Assembly: GCF_008727795.1 (NCBI RefSeq)
Contig: NZ_CP044222.1
Location: 3,632,686 to 3,696,685 of the forward strand
Direction of reading: 5' to 3'
Length of the DNA stretch: 64,000 nt
Source of the DNA: Nitrincola iocasae
GTDB taxonomy: Bacteria; Pseudomonadota; Gammaproteobacteria; Pseudomonadales; Balneatricaceae
This document shows, piece after piece, positions 50,462-61,063 of this stretch. The translations under genes and the position numbers were made by a program. How positions within the stretch are numbered: the first letter of the stretch is position 1; each line of letters begins with the position of its first letter. The notes under the pieces were generated by a model that worked only from the letters and a program-made list of their open reading frames with translations, did not search any database and was not told the origin of the DNA.

Positions 50462-51763
50462 ATGACCCTGCATGCCTTTCGTGGATCTGCTCTGCACTAT
50501 CTGGAAGATCCTCTTACCCATGCCGAACACGCCAGTGAGTTTATCGAAGATGCACTACTGCTGGTCGAGGATGGCAAAATCAAGGCGCTCGCGCCTTATG
50601 CTGAACTGCGCCACAAGCTGGAGCCTTCAGTCAAACTGGTGGACTACTCGGGCAAACTCCTCATGCCCGGTTTTATTGATCTGCATACTCATTATCCGCA
50701 AACGGAAATCATTGCATCCTATGGCAAACAACTGCTGGACTGGCTGAACAACTATACCTTTCCAACTGAAGCCAAATTTTCTGATGCCAGCTATGCAAAG
50801 TCCATCGCCGAGCTGTTTATTGATGAACTGCTGCGCAATGGAACAACCACCGCTATGGTCTTCGCGACCGTGCACAAGGCATCAGCCGATGCTTTTTTTG
50901 AAGCCGCCGCCGCTCAGAACCTGCGAATGATCGCAGGCAAGGTGTTGATGGACCGTAATGCGCCTGCTGATTTATGCGACACGGCAGAATCAGGCTATGT
51001 CGAGTCAGCTGAATTGATTGAAAAGTGGCATGGCAAGCAGCGCTTATCCTATGCCGTGACACCCCGTTTTGCCCCCACCAGTACGCCGGAACAGCTTCAT
51101 AGTGCAGGCCAGTTACTGCAAACCTACCCTGACGTTTATCTGCAAAGCCACCTGGCTGAAAACCATGATGAACTGGCCTGGGTTGCCCGGCTATTCCCCA
51201 AGGCGCGTGATTATCTGGATGCTTATGAACAAGCGGGCCTACTGGGATCTCGCTGTGTTTATGCGCATGGTATCCACCTGAGTGAATCCGCCTGTGAGCG
51301 CCTGGCCGAGTCGGCTACCGTACTGGCGCACTGCCCCACATCCAACCTGTTTCTGGGTTCCGGCTTATTTGATATGCAACGCATCAGTGATGCGGGCATC
51401 CGCTATGCCCTGGGGACAGATGTCGGCGGTGGTACCAGTTTTTCCATGTTCCGCACCCTCGCTGAGGCCTACAAGATTCAACAGCTGCAACAGCACTCTT
51501 TACACCCGCACCAGTCTTTGTATCTGGCCACTTTGGGTGGTGCCCGTGCCTTATCCCTGGATCATTTGATTGGCAACTTTCTGCCTGGAAAAGAAGCGGA
51601 TTTTATTGTTGTGGATCCCCAGGCAACACCTCTGCTCAGTTTCAGAACCGCTCAGTGCGACAGCCTGACCGAAATGCTGTTTGCCTTAACTACCCTCGGT
51701 GATGACCGATTAATTTATGCCACCTATATTCTTGGCAATCTTGCTTACCTTCAGGAGCGTTAA
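50462..51763 (+). CDS. guaD: Guanine deaminase.
   Basis: Amidohydrolase with PGFIDLHTHYPQ and a GuaD-like length. Confidence 0.85.
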   Translation: MTLHAFRGSALHYLEDPLTHAEHASEFIEDALLLVEDGKIKALAPYAELRHKLEPSVKLVDYSGKLLMPGFIDLHTHYPQTEIIASYGKQLLDWLNNYTFPTEAKFSDASYAKSIAELFIDELLRNGTTTAMVFATVHKASADAFFEAAAAQNLRMIAGKVLMDRNAPADLCDTAESGYVESAELIEKWHGKQRLSYAVTPRFAPTSTPEQLHSAGQLLQTYPDVYLQSHLAENHDELAWVARLFPKARDYLDAYEQAGLLGSRCVYAHGIHLSESACERLAESATVLAHCPTSNLFLGSGLFDMQRISDAGIRYALGTDVGGGTSFSMFRTLAEAYKIQQLQQHSLHPHQSLYLATLGGARALSLDHLIGNFLPGKEADFIVVDPQATPLLSFRTAQCDSLTEMLFALTTLGDDRLIYATYILGNLAYLQER

Positions 51764-51766
51764 TTC

Positions 51767-52957
51767 ATGGATCCCTATTTATATGACTGGTTAAATTTAG
51801 TCGTACGACTACTGCACGTCGTTACTGCGATTGCCTGGATAGGCGCGTCCTTTTACTTTATCTGGCTGGATAACTCACTGGAAGAACCACCACAATGGAA
51901 AAAGGACAAGGGTATTAAAGGGGACTTATGGTCAATCCATGGCGGTGGCATTTACGAAGTCGCCAAATACCAGCTCAGCCCGGAAAAAATGCCCAAGCAC
52001 CTGCACTGGTTCAAATGGGAAGCCTATTCCACCTGGATTACCGGTATGCTAATGCTAACGCTGATTTACTATGTTGGCGCCTCCAGTTACATGATTGATC
52101 CTTCCAAAGCTGATCTGGCTCCCTGGCAGGCCATCGGTTTGGGGCTGGGAAGCATCGTCATAGGGTTTCTGGTGTATGAACTTTTGTGTCGCACCCCGCT
52201 GGTGGATAAAGAGCTGCTATTGGGTGTTATTTTACTGGGTGTGATTGCGTTCCTCGCTTGGTTTTTAGGTCAGTTTATTGGTGACCGGGCGGCCTATATC
52301 CATATCGGTGCATTGATTGGCACCTGTATGGCCGCCAATGTATTCACCACCATCATCCCATCACAAAAGGCACTGTTGGGTGCTATTGAAAAAGGCGAAT
52401 CACCAGACCCTCTTTACGGCCTAAATGCCAAGCGTCGATCCACCCATAATAACTACGCCACCATCCCGGTGCTGTTTATTATGCTCAGTAATCACTCGCC
52501 AATGACCTATGGTCATGAACATAGCTGGGCTATTCTGACAGCCCTGATAGTGATCGGTGCCTGGGCCCGGCATTTCTTTAACCTGCGACACAAAGGCATC
52601 GTCAAACCCTCTATCCTGATCACCGCTGTGCTGGCCTTTATTGTGCTGATATTAATCGCACGTCCACAGCCCATCCAGCAACTGGAGGCAGGTGAACAGC
52701 CGCTCTCAGATAACCAAGCCTTTGCGATTGTGATGGAGCGCTGCGCAACCTGCCATAGCCGCAGCCCTACAGACGACATCTTCGCCGTAGCGCCAGCAGG
52801 CGTCTACCTGGAAAGTGAAGCTGACATTATGCGTCTATTGGATAGAATAGAAGCCAGAAGTATTCTGACACACGATATGCCTTTCTTGAATAAAACTGAG
52901 ATGACACTGAAAGAAAGAGCCTTATTGGCAGACTGGATAAAACGTACAAAAAGCTGA
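51767..52957 (+). CDS. puuD: Membrane-bound urate hydroxylase PuuD (cytochrome c-containing).
   Basis: Polytopic N-terminus plus a C-terminal CATCH heme c motif. Located in the urate-degradation cluster. Confidence 0.8.
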   Translation: MDPYLYDWLNLVVRLLHVVTAIAWIGASFYFIWLDNSLEEPPQWKKDKGIKGDLWSIHGGGIYEVAKYQLSPEKMPKHLHWFKWEAYSTWITGMLMLTLIYYVGASSYMIDPSKADLAPWQAIGLGLGSIVIGFLVYELLCRTPLVDKELLLGVILLGVIAFLAWFLGQFIGDRAAYIHIGALIGTCMAANVFTTIIPSQKALLGAIEKGESPDPLYGLNAKRRSTHNNYATIPVLFIMLSNHSPMTYGHEHSWAILTALIVIGAWARHFFNLRHKGIVKPSILITAVLAFIVLILIARPQPIQQLEAGEQPLSDNQAFAIVMERCATCHSRSPTDDIFAVAPAGVYLESEADIMRLLDRIEARSILTHDMPFLNKTEMTLKERALLADWIKRTKS

Positions 52958-52980
52958 ATACAAATAGGCATTGTGGCGTT

Positions 52981-53685
52981 TTATTTTAAAGCGCCACAGC
53001 CTTTCATAATAACATGAATCAAGGTTTCTGCAGCCGCCGCATAATCCTGCTCATCAGGTTCTTTTTTATTTAAAGCTGCAGCTATTTGCACAGAGAAATC
53101 GGAGTAATGCTGCGTAGTCGACCAAATCATAAACAATAAATGCTCGGGTGTTATTGCATCTATTTTGCCCTGTTCTATCCATTTTCTGAACACAGCAACA
53201 CGACCTGCAAACCACAGATGATAATTATCACTAAAATAGGCTTTCATATTATTTGCGCCACTGATTATTTCAGCTGCAAATATTCTTGAGGCCAAACTAT
53301 ACTCCCGGGCAAAGGCAATTTTTTGACGAATATACTCAGGCAAAACCTCAGAGGGATCGTCATCCTCAGTAAAATCACTCAGGCTTGCATCCCAGATATC
53401 AATAATATTACTCAAAACCGCAATATAAAGACCCATTTTATTTTTAAAATAGTAATGGATATTCGCCTTCGGCAAGCCCGCCCGTTGCGCAATGGCGCTC
53501 ATACTGGCACCGGCAAAGCCCCGTTCAGCGAACTCCACCTCAGCGGCACGGATAATCAGTGTTTCATTTTGCTTGCGGATTCTACCCACAGGTTTATCAT
53601 GCTGATGGGATTCAATATTGAATAGCAAAAGGCTGCTCTCCGGAAGGACTCGTGTGTCTTCTATAGGGCCAGCAGTATAATACAC
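52981..53685 (-). CDS. TetR-family transcriptional regulator. Candidate purine-catabolism regulator.
   Basis: HTH TLIIRAAEVEFAERGFAGASMSAIAQRAGLPKANIHYYFKNK. The ORF carries about 30 extra N-terminal residues, so the true start may be downstream at a non-ATG codon. Confidence 0.8.
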   Translation of the reverse strand: MYYTAGPIEDTRVLPESSLLLFNIESHQHDKPVGRIRKQNETLIIRAAEVEFAERGFAGASMSAIAQRAGLPKANIHYYFKNKMGLYIAVLSNIIDIWDASLSDFTEDDDPSEVLPEYIRQKIAFAREYSLASRIFAAEIISGANNMKAYFSDNYHLWFAGRVAVFRKWIEQGKIDAITPEHLLFMIWSTTQHYSDFSVQIAAALNKKEPDEQDYAAAAETLIHVIMKGCGALK

Positions 53686-53732
53686 CTGTCGCTAATATTG
53701 AACTTCGGTTCCGGGTGGATAAAACAGCGGCT

Positions 53733-55097
53733 TTACAATTGTCTGCTTACCAAACGTTCGGCCTGCTGCTGATGCGCTCTACGCAGTTGCTCTTCATCCT
53801 TATGTACCAACCGGCCCGCTTCAACCAGCCATTTGCCTGCCACCATCACTCGATCAGCCCGATGAGCACCACACAACAGCAGGGCTGCTAGCGGATCGTG
53901 ACTACCGGAAAATCTCAGCTCATCCAGGCGGAACAATGCCAGATCAGCCTGCATACCCACCTCCAGCACGCCCAAATCCTGACGCCCGAGCAAACTTGCT
54001 GACCCCTGAGTAACCCAGCGCAAAGCATCCAAATGAGACACCGCTTCGGCACCATATTTAAGGCGCTGCAGATACATTGCCTGTCGAGCTTCAGTGATCA
54101 GATTGGAGCTATCATTCGATGCCGAACCATCCACACCGAGACCTACCGGTGCCCCGGCTTGCTCCAGATCCAGCACCGGACAGATACCGGACGCCAGCAT
54201 CATATTTGAGGAAGGGCAATGACAAATACCGGTTCCGGCTGCGCCTAAACGCTGAATCTCGTCCTGATTGAAATGGATACCGTGAGCTAACCAGGTCTGT
54301 GCAGATAGCCATCCGACATGCTCAAGGTAATCCACCGTACGCATCCCAAAGCGCTTAAGGCAAAAGGCCTCTTCATCCAGTGTTTCGGCCAGGTGCGTGT
54401 GTAAGCGAACAGTATACTCTGTAGCCAATTTAGCTGACTCACTCATCAACTCGCTGGTTACCGAAAATGGGGAGCAAGGCGCAAGCGCAACCTGTCTCTT
54501 CGAGCCCACTGCAGGGTCATGAAAGCGTTTGATCAATCGCAGACTATCATCCAGAATTTGGCTTTCCTGTTGCACCACGCTTTGTGGTGGCAAACCTCCG
54601 TCTGCGGCGCCAAGACTCATGGAGCCACGCGTCAGCGTCACCCGCATACCAGTACTTTCGGCGGCATCCATCTGTATATCGATGGCCTGGGTTAATTGGT
54701 CAGGAAATACATAGTGATGATCAGCCGCGGCGGTACACCCGGATAACAGCAGTTCAGATAACGCCAGCTCCGTGGCACTGAACAGCATGTTTTCATCCAG
54801 CCCGGCCCAGATCGGATAAAGCGTCTGCAACCAGGGAAACAAGGGTTTATTCAATGCCGCAGGCAGTGCACGTGTCAGTGTCTGATAAAAGTGGTGATGG
54901 GTGTTAATCAAGCCAGGTAACACCACGTGCTGACTGGCATCAAACACTTCATCACAGGGAGTGCTTGGCACCGCCCCCTTAGCCAAGACCTCCCGGATCA
55001 CTCCCTGATCCGTATTGATCACCAGCCCACCAGCACTGTCTGCAGCCGTGTTGGTATGCGTTGCCAGTGGCTGTTTAATCCATATACGCCTGGTCAT
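53733..55097 (-). CDS. Amidohydrolase-family deaminase (8-oxoguanine/isoxanthopterin deaminase-like).
   Basis: Metal-binding HxH motif (LINTHHHFYQ) and a 454-aa SsnA/8-oxoguanine-deaminase-like layout. Confidence 0.7.
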   Translation of the reverse strand: MTRRIWIKQPLATHTNTAADSAGGLVINTDQGVIREVLAKGAVPSTPCDEVFDASQHVVLPGLINTHHHFYQTLTRALPAALNKPLFPWLQTLYPIWAGLDENMLFSATELALSELLLSGCTAAADHHYVFPDQLTQAIDIQMDAAESTGMRVTLTRGSMSLGAADGGLPPQSVVQQESQILDDSLRLIKRFHDPAVGSKRQVALAPCSPFSVTSELMSESAKLATEYTVRLHTHLAETLDEEAFCLKRFGMRTVDYLEHVGWLSAQTWLAHGIHFNQDEIQRLGAAGTGICHCPSSNMMLASGICPVLDLEQAGAPVGLGVDGSASNDSSNLITEARQAMYLQRLKYGAEAVSHLDALRWVTQGSASLLGRQDLGVLEVGMQADLALFRLDELRFSGSHDPLAALLLCGAHRADRVMVAGKWLVEAGRLVHKDEEQLRRAHQQQAERLVSRQL

Positions 55098-56479
55098 TCA
55101 GCTACTCTGCCTTGCAAGGATGACTGCTCCAGTTCCAACTGCTCTTCAGCAGCGGGGGTTTCTTCCGGCAAAATCAAACTCAAAATTATGGCTGTCAAAC
55201 CACCCGAAGTAACGGCTGATCCGAAAATGTTGCGTACCAGATCAGGCATCTCGGCCAACAAGTCCGGCGTCATGGAAACACCCAGACCTATCCCGAATGA
55301 GGCTGCCATAATCAATAGATTACGGCGATCCAGGGTTTCGTTTGCCAGGATTTTTACACCAGCCGCCGCCACGGTACCAAACATTACCAGGGTTGCTCCA
55401 CCCAACACCGGCTTGGGAATCTGCTGTAGTACGGCACCAATGATGGGGAAAAGCCCTAGAATCATCAGAATCACGGCAACATAGTAACCAATATAACGAC
55501 TGGCAACGCCGGTCAACTGGATCACACCATTATTCTGACTGAAGGTTGTATTGGGAAAAGTATGAAACACTGAAGCAATCATTGAGTTGATGCCATCAGC
55601 CAACACCCCACCACGAATACGTTTTATATATTCATCGCCCTTAATCGGCTGCTTGGAGATAATGCAGTTGGCGGTAATATCGCCACTGGTCTCAATAGCA
55701 GTTACCAGATAGATTAATGCCACGGGGAAGAAAGCACTGAAATCAAATGCAAAACCGTACTGAAACGGTATAGGGATAGTCAACAGACTTACACTGGACA
55801 GGTGATCAAAGCTGATCTGTCCCATGACGGCGGCAATCACATACCCGGCCACCAGCCCCAGCACAATGGAAGACAATCTCACCCAGGGATTGGCTGAGCG
55901 GTTCAGCAGAATAATGGTAATGAGAACAAAACCACCCAGTGACAGATTTGCAACGCTACCGAAGTCCGGAGCGTTAACACCTCCGGCAAGATCCGTCATA
56001 CCCACACGTATCAGACTGATACCGATAATGGTAATGACAATACCGGTAACCAGGGGTGTCAGTATGCGTTTGAGCTTGTGCAATATCTGACTAATGAAGA
56101 TTTCAATAAATGCACCAAAAAAACACACGCCGGTAATCAGTGCCAGAATCTCTTCTGGCCCACCACCCTTACCCTTGGCGATAAACCCAGCGGCTAGTAT
56201 GGCACTCAAAAACGCAAAACTGGTGCCCTGAACACAAATCATCCCGGCACCTATCCCCCAGGCACGCCGTGCCTGGATAAAGGTACCAACGCCCGAGACA
56301 AATAATGCCATGCTGATCAGGTAAGGCAGGTACTCACCCAGACCCAACACCCCGCCTATGATTAATGTGGGTGTGATAATACCAACAAAGCTGGCAAGCA
56401 CATGCTGTATGGCCGCAAAAGTTGACGCTTTAAACCCAGGCCTTGAGTCAAGCGGATAAAGTAGATCATTTTTCATCAT
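55094..56479 (-). CDS. NCS2-family xanthine/uric acid permease.
   Basis: Xanthine/uracil permease family motifs. The ORF track extends to 56506 (GTG). ATG starts at about 56479 or 56476 are preferred. Confidence 0.85.
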   Translation of the reverse strand: MMKNDLLYPLDSRPGFKASTFAAIQHVLASFVGIITPTLIIGGVLGLGEYLPYLISMALFVSGVGTFIQARRAWGIGAGMICVQGTSFAFLSAILAAGFIAKGKGGGPEEILALITGVCFFGAFIEIFISQILHKLKRILTPLVTGIVITIIGISLIRVGMTDLAGGVNAPDFGSVANLSLGGFVLITIILLNRSANPWVRLSSIVLGLVAGYVIAAVMGQISFDHLSSVSLLTIPIPFQYGFAFDFSAFFPVALIYLVTAIETSGDITANCIISKQPIKGDEYIKRIRGGVLADGINSMIASVFHTFPNTTFSQNNGVIQLTGVASRYIGYYVAVILMILGLFPIIGAVLQQIPKPVLGGATLVMFGTVAAAGVKILANETLDRRNLLIMAASFGIGLGVSMTPDLLAEMPDLVRNIFGSAVTSGGLTAIILSLILPEETPAAEEQLELEQSSLQGRVAE

Positions 56480-56848
56480 CAGTATCCTATAGGTTGAAAG
56501 TGCCACTGAGCATTAAGTGTTCAGGCATCTGTATCCGTGACAGGTATGCTCACCAAAAAGCTGACTGCACAGTCAGGTTTTAAAAGCAGAAATCATGCCA
56601 AACTATAAATAGTTTCAACAAATAAAATAAAAACCTTAATCTTCGAAGTGCGAAAGTGAGCGAAAAAAAACATAACCAATTGAAAAATAATATAATATAT
56701 TAAATACCATTGATTATTACACAGAAGTAAAGAGATACACTGTTATACAGAAGAGCACGCCTCCTTTAGCACCATAATGGGGATAATTTACGTTAAGTGC
56801 GTGCAAATAAGGCACCGGGCTGATTGAATTAACCCAGTGCCCAGTCAG

Positions 56849-57631
56849 TTATATGGCCGCACTATTACTGCCACGATTAGCCCAACGGGTAAAACGCTTT
56901 TCCATCCAGGCAAAGATTTCGTACATCACTACACCCATGACACCGATCACGATCAGTCCGGCAAACACCAACGCCATATCCATGGATGAACTGGCCGCCA
57001 TCATCAAATAACCGATACCCATATTGGATGCGACTGTTTCAGAGATAACCGAACCGACAAATGCCAGGGTAATGGCTACCTTCAATGACGCAAAAAAATA
57101 TGGCAACGCTCTTGGTAGGCCCACCTTACGCAGAATATCGAGTTTAGATGCTCCCAAAGAACGCATCACATCCTCAAGCTCCGGCTCCAGTGTTGCCAAG
57201 CCTGTAGCCACATTCACCAGTATCGGAAAAAAGGAGATCAGAAAGGCTGTCAGTATAGCCGGGACCGTGCCAATACCAAACCAAACGACTAATACAGGCA
57301 CAAAGGCCACTTTTGGAATGCTGTTAAACCCGACTAACAGTGGATAGAGCGCTTTATAAACAATCGGATAAGTTCCCACAGCAACGCCCATAACCACCCC
57401 GACCAAAACGGCAATAGCAAACCCCACCAGTGTCGTGAAAAAGGTCTGCCAGGCATGCATCATGATCGGTTCCCAGCGAGCCACGCCCGCATCCCATACA
57501 GCCGTAGGTGCTGGAAACAGGTACTCAGGTACATTAAAGCCTACACAGATAATTTCCCACAGCAACAGCAGGACCAGTATCAGCATCCAGCTGGCATTCC
57601 TGATCATAAACTTGCGACGATTAAATGCCAT
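56849..57631 (-). CDS. ABC transporter permease (NitT/TauT family).
   Basis: Six TM helices and a BPD_transp_1 layout. Confidence 0.8.
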   Translation of the reverse strand: MAFNRRKFMIRNASWMLILVLLLLWEIICVGFNVPEYLFPAPTAVWDAGVARWEPIMMHAWQTFFTTLVGFAIAVLVGVVMGVAVGTYPIVYKALYPLLVGFNSIPKVAFVPVLVVWFGIGTVPAILTAFLISFFPILVNVATGLATLEPELEDVMRSLGASKLDILRKVGLPRALPYFFASLKVAITLAFVGSVISETVASNMGIGYLMMAASSSMDMALVFAGLIVIGVMGVVMYEIFAWMEKRFTRWANRGSNSAAI

Positions 57632-57645
57632 ACAGGCCTCCATTA

Positions 57646-58425
57646 TCAGGTCTTACGTATTGAGCCTATATGATCACGCAACACATGTACCTGAGAAGCA
57701 AAGTTCTCGGTATAGGTATCTTCTAAAGAGCGAGGGCGCGGCAGATCAACTTCACGTCTGGCCAGAATCTGACCGGGCCCTTTACTCATGACATAGACGG
57801 TATCCGCTAAAAATACCGCTTCACGCAGATCATGTGTCACCAGAACGACGGTAAAGGGCTGCTCTTGCCAAAGCGACTGCAGCATGCACCAGAGCTCTTC
57901 CCGGGTAAAAGCATCCAGTGCGCCAAAAGGCTCATCAAGCATCAGCAGTTCCGGCTTGTGAATCAACGCACGGCAGATGGAGGCACGCTGCTGCATACCA
58001 CCCGAAAGCTCCCAGGGATATTTATCTTCCCAGCCCTTCAAGCCGACCCGCTCCAAAAGTGCGCGCGCCATCTCTTCAAAGGTCTTACGTTGGCGGCGTA
58101 ACTGTGAACGGTAGGGCTGCACAATTTCCAGTGGCAACATAACGTTCTGCAGGGTTGTCCGCCAAGGCAAAAGATTAGATGCCTGAAACGCCATACCAAT
58201 ACACTTTTGCGGCCCGTCAACCTGACGCCCATTCAGATAGACATATCCGGACGTCGGCTCAGAGAGTCCTGAAACCAGTTTCATCAGAGTTGATTTACCG
58301 CAACCCGAAGGCCCAACAACCGCAATAAACTCATTCTTTTTTACTGATAATGAAACATCCTGGATGGCCAGCGGTCCACCCTCATCATAGGCCAGACTAA
58401 CCTTTTCACAGGTTACAAACTCCAT
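57646..58425 (-). CDS. ABC transporter ATP-binding protein (NitT/TauT family).
   Basis: Walker A GPSGCGKST, ABC signature LSGGMQQR and Walker B LLMLDE. Confidence 0.85.
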   Translation of the reverse strand: MEFVTCEKVSLAYDEGGPLAIQDVSLSVKKNEFIAVVGPSGCGKSTLMKLVSGLSEPTSGYVYLNGRQVDGPQKCIGMAFQASNLLPWRTTLQNVMLPLEIVQPYRSQLRRQRKTFEEMARALLERVGLKGWEDKYPWELSGGMQQRASICRALIHKPELLMLDEPFGALDAFTREELWCMLQSLWQEQPFTVVLVTHDLREAVFLADTVYVMSKGPGQILARREVDLPRPRSLEDTYTENFASQVHVLRDHIGSIRKT

Positions 58426-58486
58426 AGAGCATCCTCAAGAAACCACGACAGGACTTGCCCAACCTCAGGCCAGGCAAGCTAGTTAA

Positions 58487-59536
58487 TCAGCGGGGAATTG
58501 AACGACTACTGCGCTCTGGAAGTAGCGAAGCATTAAATAACTCAGCCGCATCTGGCGTGGATTCCAGTCCAAACGAGCTCACAGCTTCGGCAATGGATTG
58601 CTCCAGACGATCAAAAGTGACCGCTCCCAGACCTTCAGCCAGGGTTTCTTCGGTAATCACCTGTGCATCAAGGGCCAGCTTCAGACGGCGTAACTCAAGT
58701 GCTTCGTCGACCAGTCCATCCCGGCTGGAAACATACTTTACCGCCGCCTCCGGATCCTGAATCGTTTCAATCAGTGCCTTATTGAAGGCTCGGGTGAACC
58801 CGGCGACAGCTTCCGGGTTGTCAGCCAGCAATGCCTCACTGGCAATAATCGCGTTGCCGTAAAGCGAAACACCAAACTCGGAATAGGGCATTACGGTAAT
58901 CTGATCCAGAGCCACACCTCGGGCTTCAAGATTCAACAAACTGGTAAAATAGAATCCGGTTATGCCATCCACTTGTCGACGTGCCAGCAGCGTCTCACGT
59001 ATCGCCGGATCTACACTCTGCCAAGAGACTGCATCAACAGCCAAGCCATTGTGTGCAGCAAATGCAGGCCAAGCCTTGCGACCCGCATCAAAGACCGGCG
59101 CCGCCAGGGTTTTACCGGCCAGATCAGCGGGTGTATCTATACCGGATTCTTTCAGGGTAAATACCGCTGCCGGTGTATGGTTATAAAGCATATACACCGC
59201 TTGAATGCCAGAATCCGGGTTATCCGCGCTGTATTCTACCAAGGCATTAAAGTCTGCCAGAGCCATATCATAGGCCCCAGTAGCCACGCGCGTGACAGCA
59301 CCAGATGAACCATTACCTGAATCGATGGTGACACTGAGACCTTCTTCAGCGAAATAACCCTTATCCAGCGCCATCAGAAAAGGTGCCGAAGGACCTTCGA
59401 AGCGCCAATCCAGAGTAAAGTTGATGGGTGTAGACGCGTGTGTATTAGTCGCCATCAAAGGCTGCAGACTCAGGCAAGCCGCCACCGCGCAAAAGGTTGC
59501 AAACTTTTTCAGCGTGAAAGGTTTACCAGCACTCAT
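58487..59536 (-). CDS. ABC transporter substrate-binding protein (NMT1/THI5-like, SsuA/TauA family).
   Basis: Signal peptide and a NitT/TauT-type substrate-binding-protein fold. First gene of a three-gene transporter operon. Confidence 0.75.
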   Translation of the reverse strand: MSAGKPFTLKKFATFCAVAACLSLQPLMATNTHASTPINFTLDWRFEGPSAPFLMALDKGYFAEEGLSVTIDSGNGSSGAVTRVATGAYDMALADFNALVEYSADNPDSGIQAVYMLYNHTPAAVFTLKESGIDTPADLAGKTLAAPVFDAGRKAWPAFAAHNGLAVDAVSWQSVDPAIRETLLARRQVDGITGFYFTSLLNLEARGVALDQITVMPYSEFGVSLYGNAIIASEALLADNPEAVAGFTRAFNKALIETIQDPEAAVKYVSSRDGLVDEALELRRLKLALDAQVITEETLAEGLGAVTFDRLEQSIAEAVSSFGLESTPDAAELFNASLLPERSSRSIPR

Positions 59537-59772
59537 TAGAATCACCTTTTAATCTGAAGTGACCAGATATCTGGTCACTTAGGTCAATTTAGTAGTTAAC
59601 AGGTGGTCAGCAGCAATGCGGCTCTCACATGCAATACTAAAAACTGACCAGTTAGTCAGAATATAGCAATCCTTATGCCAGCTTTTTAGGTGCTAACGAC
59701 CTATCAATGACCATTTTACTGCACCGAAATAAAGCATAACAGATAGTGACTACCTCAAAAGGTGCGCCCGGC

Positions 59773-61020
59773 TCACGGACTGTAAAGACAGACACCCTGT
59801 TTACCCAGCTGCTTTGCCTGGTACATAGCTTCATCAGCAGCCTTGACCAGATAATGGGCTTCATGCGCATCTTCAGGGCAACGAGAGATGCCAATACTGG
59901 CACTGATATGGACTGTTCCCTGGGGCAGGCTAATCGGTAACTGCAATGCTTGTTGGATTTTCTCAGCGATGCCAACCGCTTTGGCTTCATCATCGCAATA
60001 ACCTGCAATCACCGCAAATTCATCGCCGGACAAACGTGCGACTGTATCAGACTGACGTACCGCGGTCTGAATTCTTTTGGCGACCTCTACTAGCACCTGA
60101 TCGCCTGCGGCATGGCCCAAGGTGTCATTAACCGGTTTGAAGGCATCCAGATCTATATACATCAATGCAAAAGGGGTTTTATACCGTTCAGCCGCTGTTA
60201 GCGCCTGATTCAGGCGATCGTAGAAGAGCGTTCTGTTCGGTAAGCCGGTCAAACCATCATGGGTAGCCTGATAAGCCAACGCTTCCTGGGCTTTTTTACG
60301 CGCAGTAATATCTTCAAACACCATGACATAACCGGTGGTATAGCCATCGGAGGTATACACAGCATGCGCTCGCATGGCCAATATGCGATCTATGTAACCA
60401 GACATACGACAACAGAGTTCATCGGCACAAGCACCCTCGTCTTGCAACTCTTGCAACAGCACATCCCAACTACGCACAGCTTGGAACTCACAGGGGAGAC
60501 TGTGGGGTGTTTGCCCTACTGGCATGGACGCTTGCATACCGGTCAGACGTAGAAAAGCCGGGTTATACTGGCGGATCAAAAACTGCCGATCGAGCATCAT
60601 GATGCCAGTATCGGTAATATTGAACACTGCTTCAGACAACCTGGCTGTCTGGTCACGTTCATGGCGGACAATCGCGTAACGCAGTGCTTTTCTCAATGCC
60701 TGGCCATCGGTGCCTTTAATCAGATAGTCTTGTGCACCTGACCTCAGCGCTGCCTGTATCCAACGAGTATCATCCGTACCGGTCAGAACAACAATAGGGA
60801 TGTCCATGCTTTTCTCACGTAAACGCATGAGTGTCACCAGGCCTTCACTATCCGGCAGATTTAGATCCAGCAGAATCACATCTGGAAGGTTCTGCCCCTG
60901 CTCCAGTGAAACGATTGCCTCGGAGAGACTACCAACAACATCCAATGAAAAAGCATCAACATTTTTTTCCTGCAAATACAGACGTATCAGTGCGACATCG
61001 CCAGGCTCATCTTCTACCAT
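59773..61020 (-). CDS. Response regulator with REC, PAS and GGDEF domains. The signature motif is degenerate, SGDEF.
   Basis: REC domain begins at MVEDEPGDVALIRLYL. GGDEF-domain motif RLSGDEFAVIA. An alternative start at 61164 would overlap the kinase gene by 100 nt. Confidence 0.75.
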   Translation of the reverse strand: MVEDEPGDVALIRLYLQEKNVDAFSLDVVGSLSEAIVSLEQGQNLPDVILLDLNLPDSEGLVTLMRLREKSMDIPIVVLTGTDDTRWIQAALRSGAQDYLIKGTDGQALRKALRYAIVRHERDQTARLSEAVFNITDTGIMMLDRQFLIRQYNPAFLRLTGMQASMPVGQTPHSLPCEFQAVRSWDVLLQELQDEGACADELCCRMSGYIDRILAMRAHAVYTSDGYTTGYVMVFEDITARKKAQEALAYQATHDGLTGLPNRTLFYDRLNQALTAAERYKTPFALMYIDLDAFKPVNDTLGHAAGDQVLVEVAKRIQTAVRQSDTVARLSGDEFAVIAGYCDDEAKAVGIAEKIQQALQLPISLPQGTVHISASIGISRCPEDAHEAHYLVKAADEAMYQAKQLGKQGVCLYSP

Positions 61021-61063
61021 CAGGACATTATGACCCGAACTTGGCCGTGGTATAGATTCAGTT

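Noticed and set aside
52981-53685. Long N-terminal extension on the TetR regulator ORF, as a possible fused domain.
   Set aside because: The extra 30 residues precede the HTH, have no family features and contain no ATG. The true start is more likely a downstream TTG or CTG, so this is treated as an annotation artefact rather than a novel fusion.
56507-56848. Possible guanine/xanthine riboswitch ahead of the NCS2 permease.
   Set aside because: Scanning both strands for the conserved purine-riboswitch core (UAUA..UGGGxxxxxUCUACC-like elements) found nothing convincing. Purine riboswitches are also uncommon in Gammaproteobacteria.
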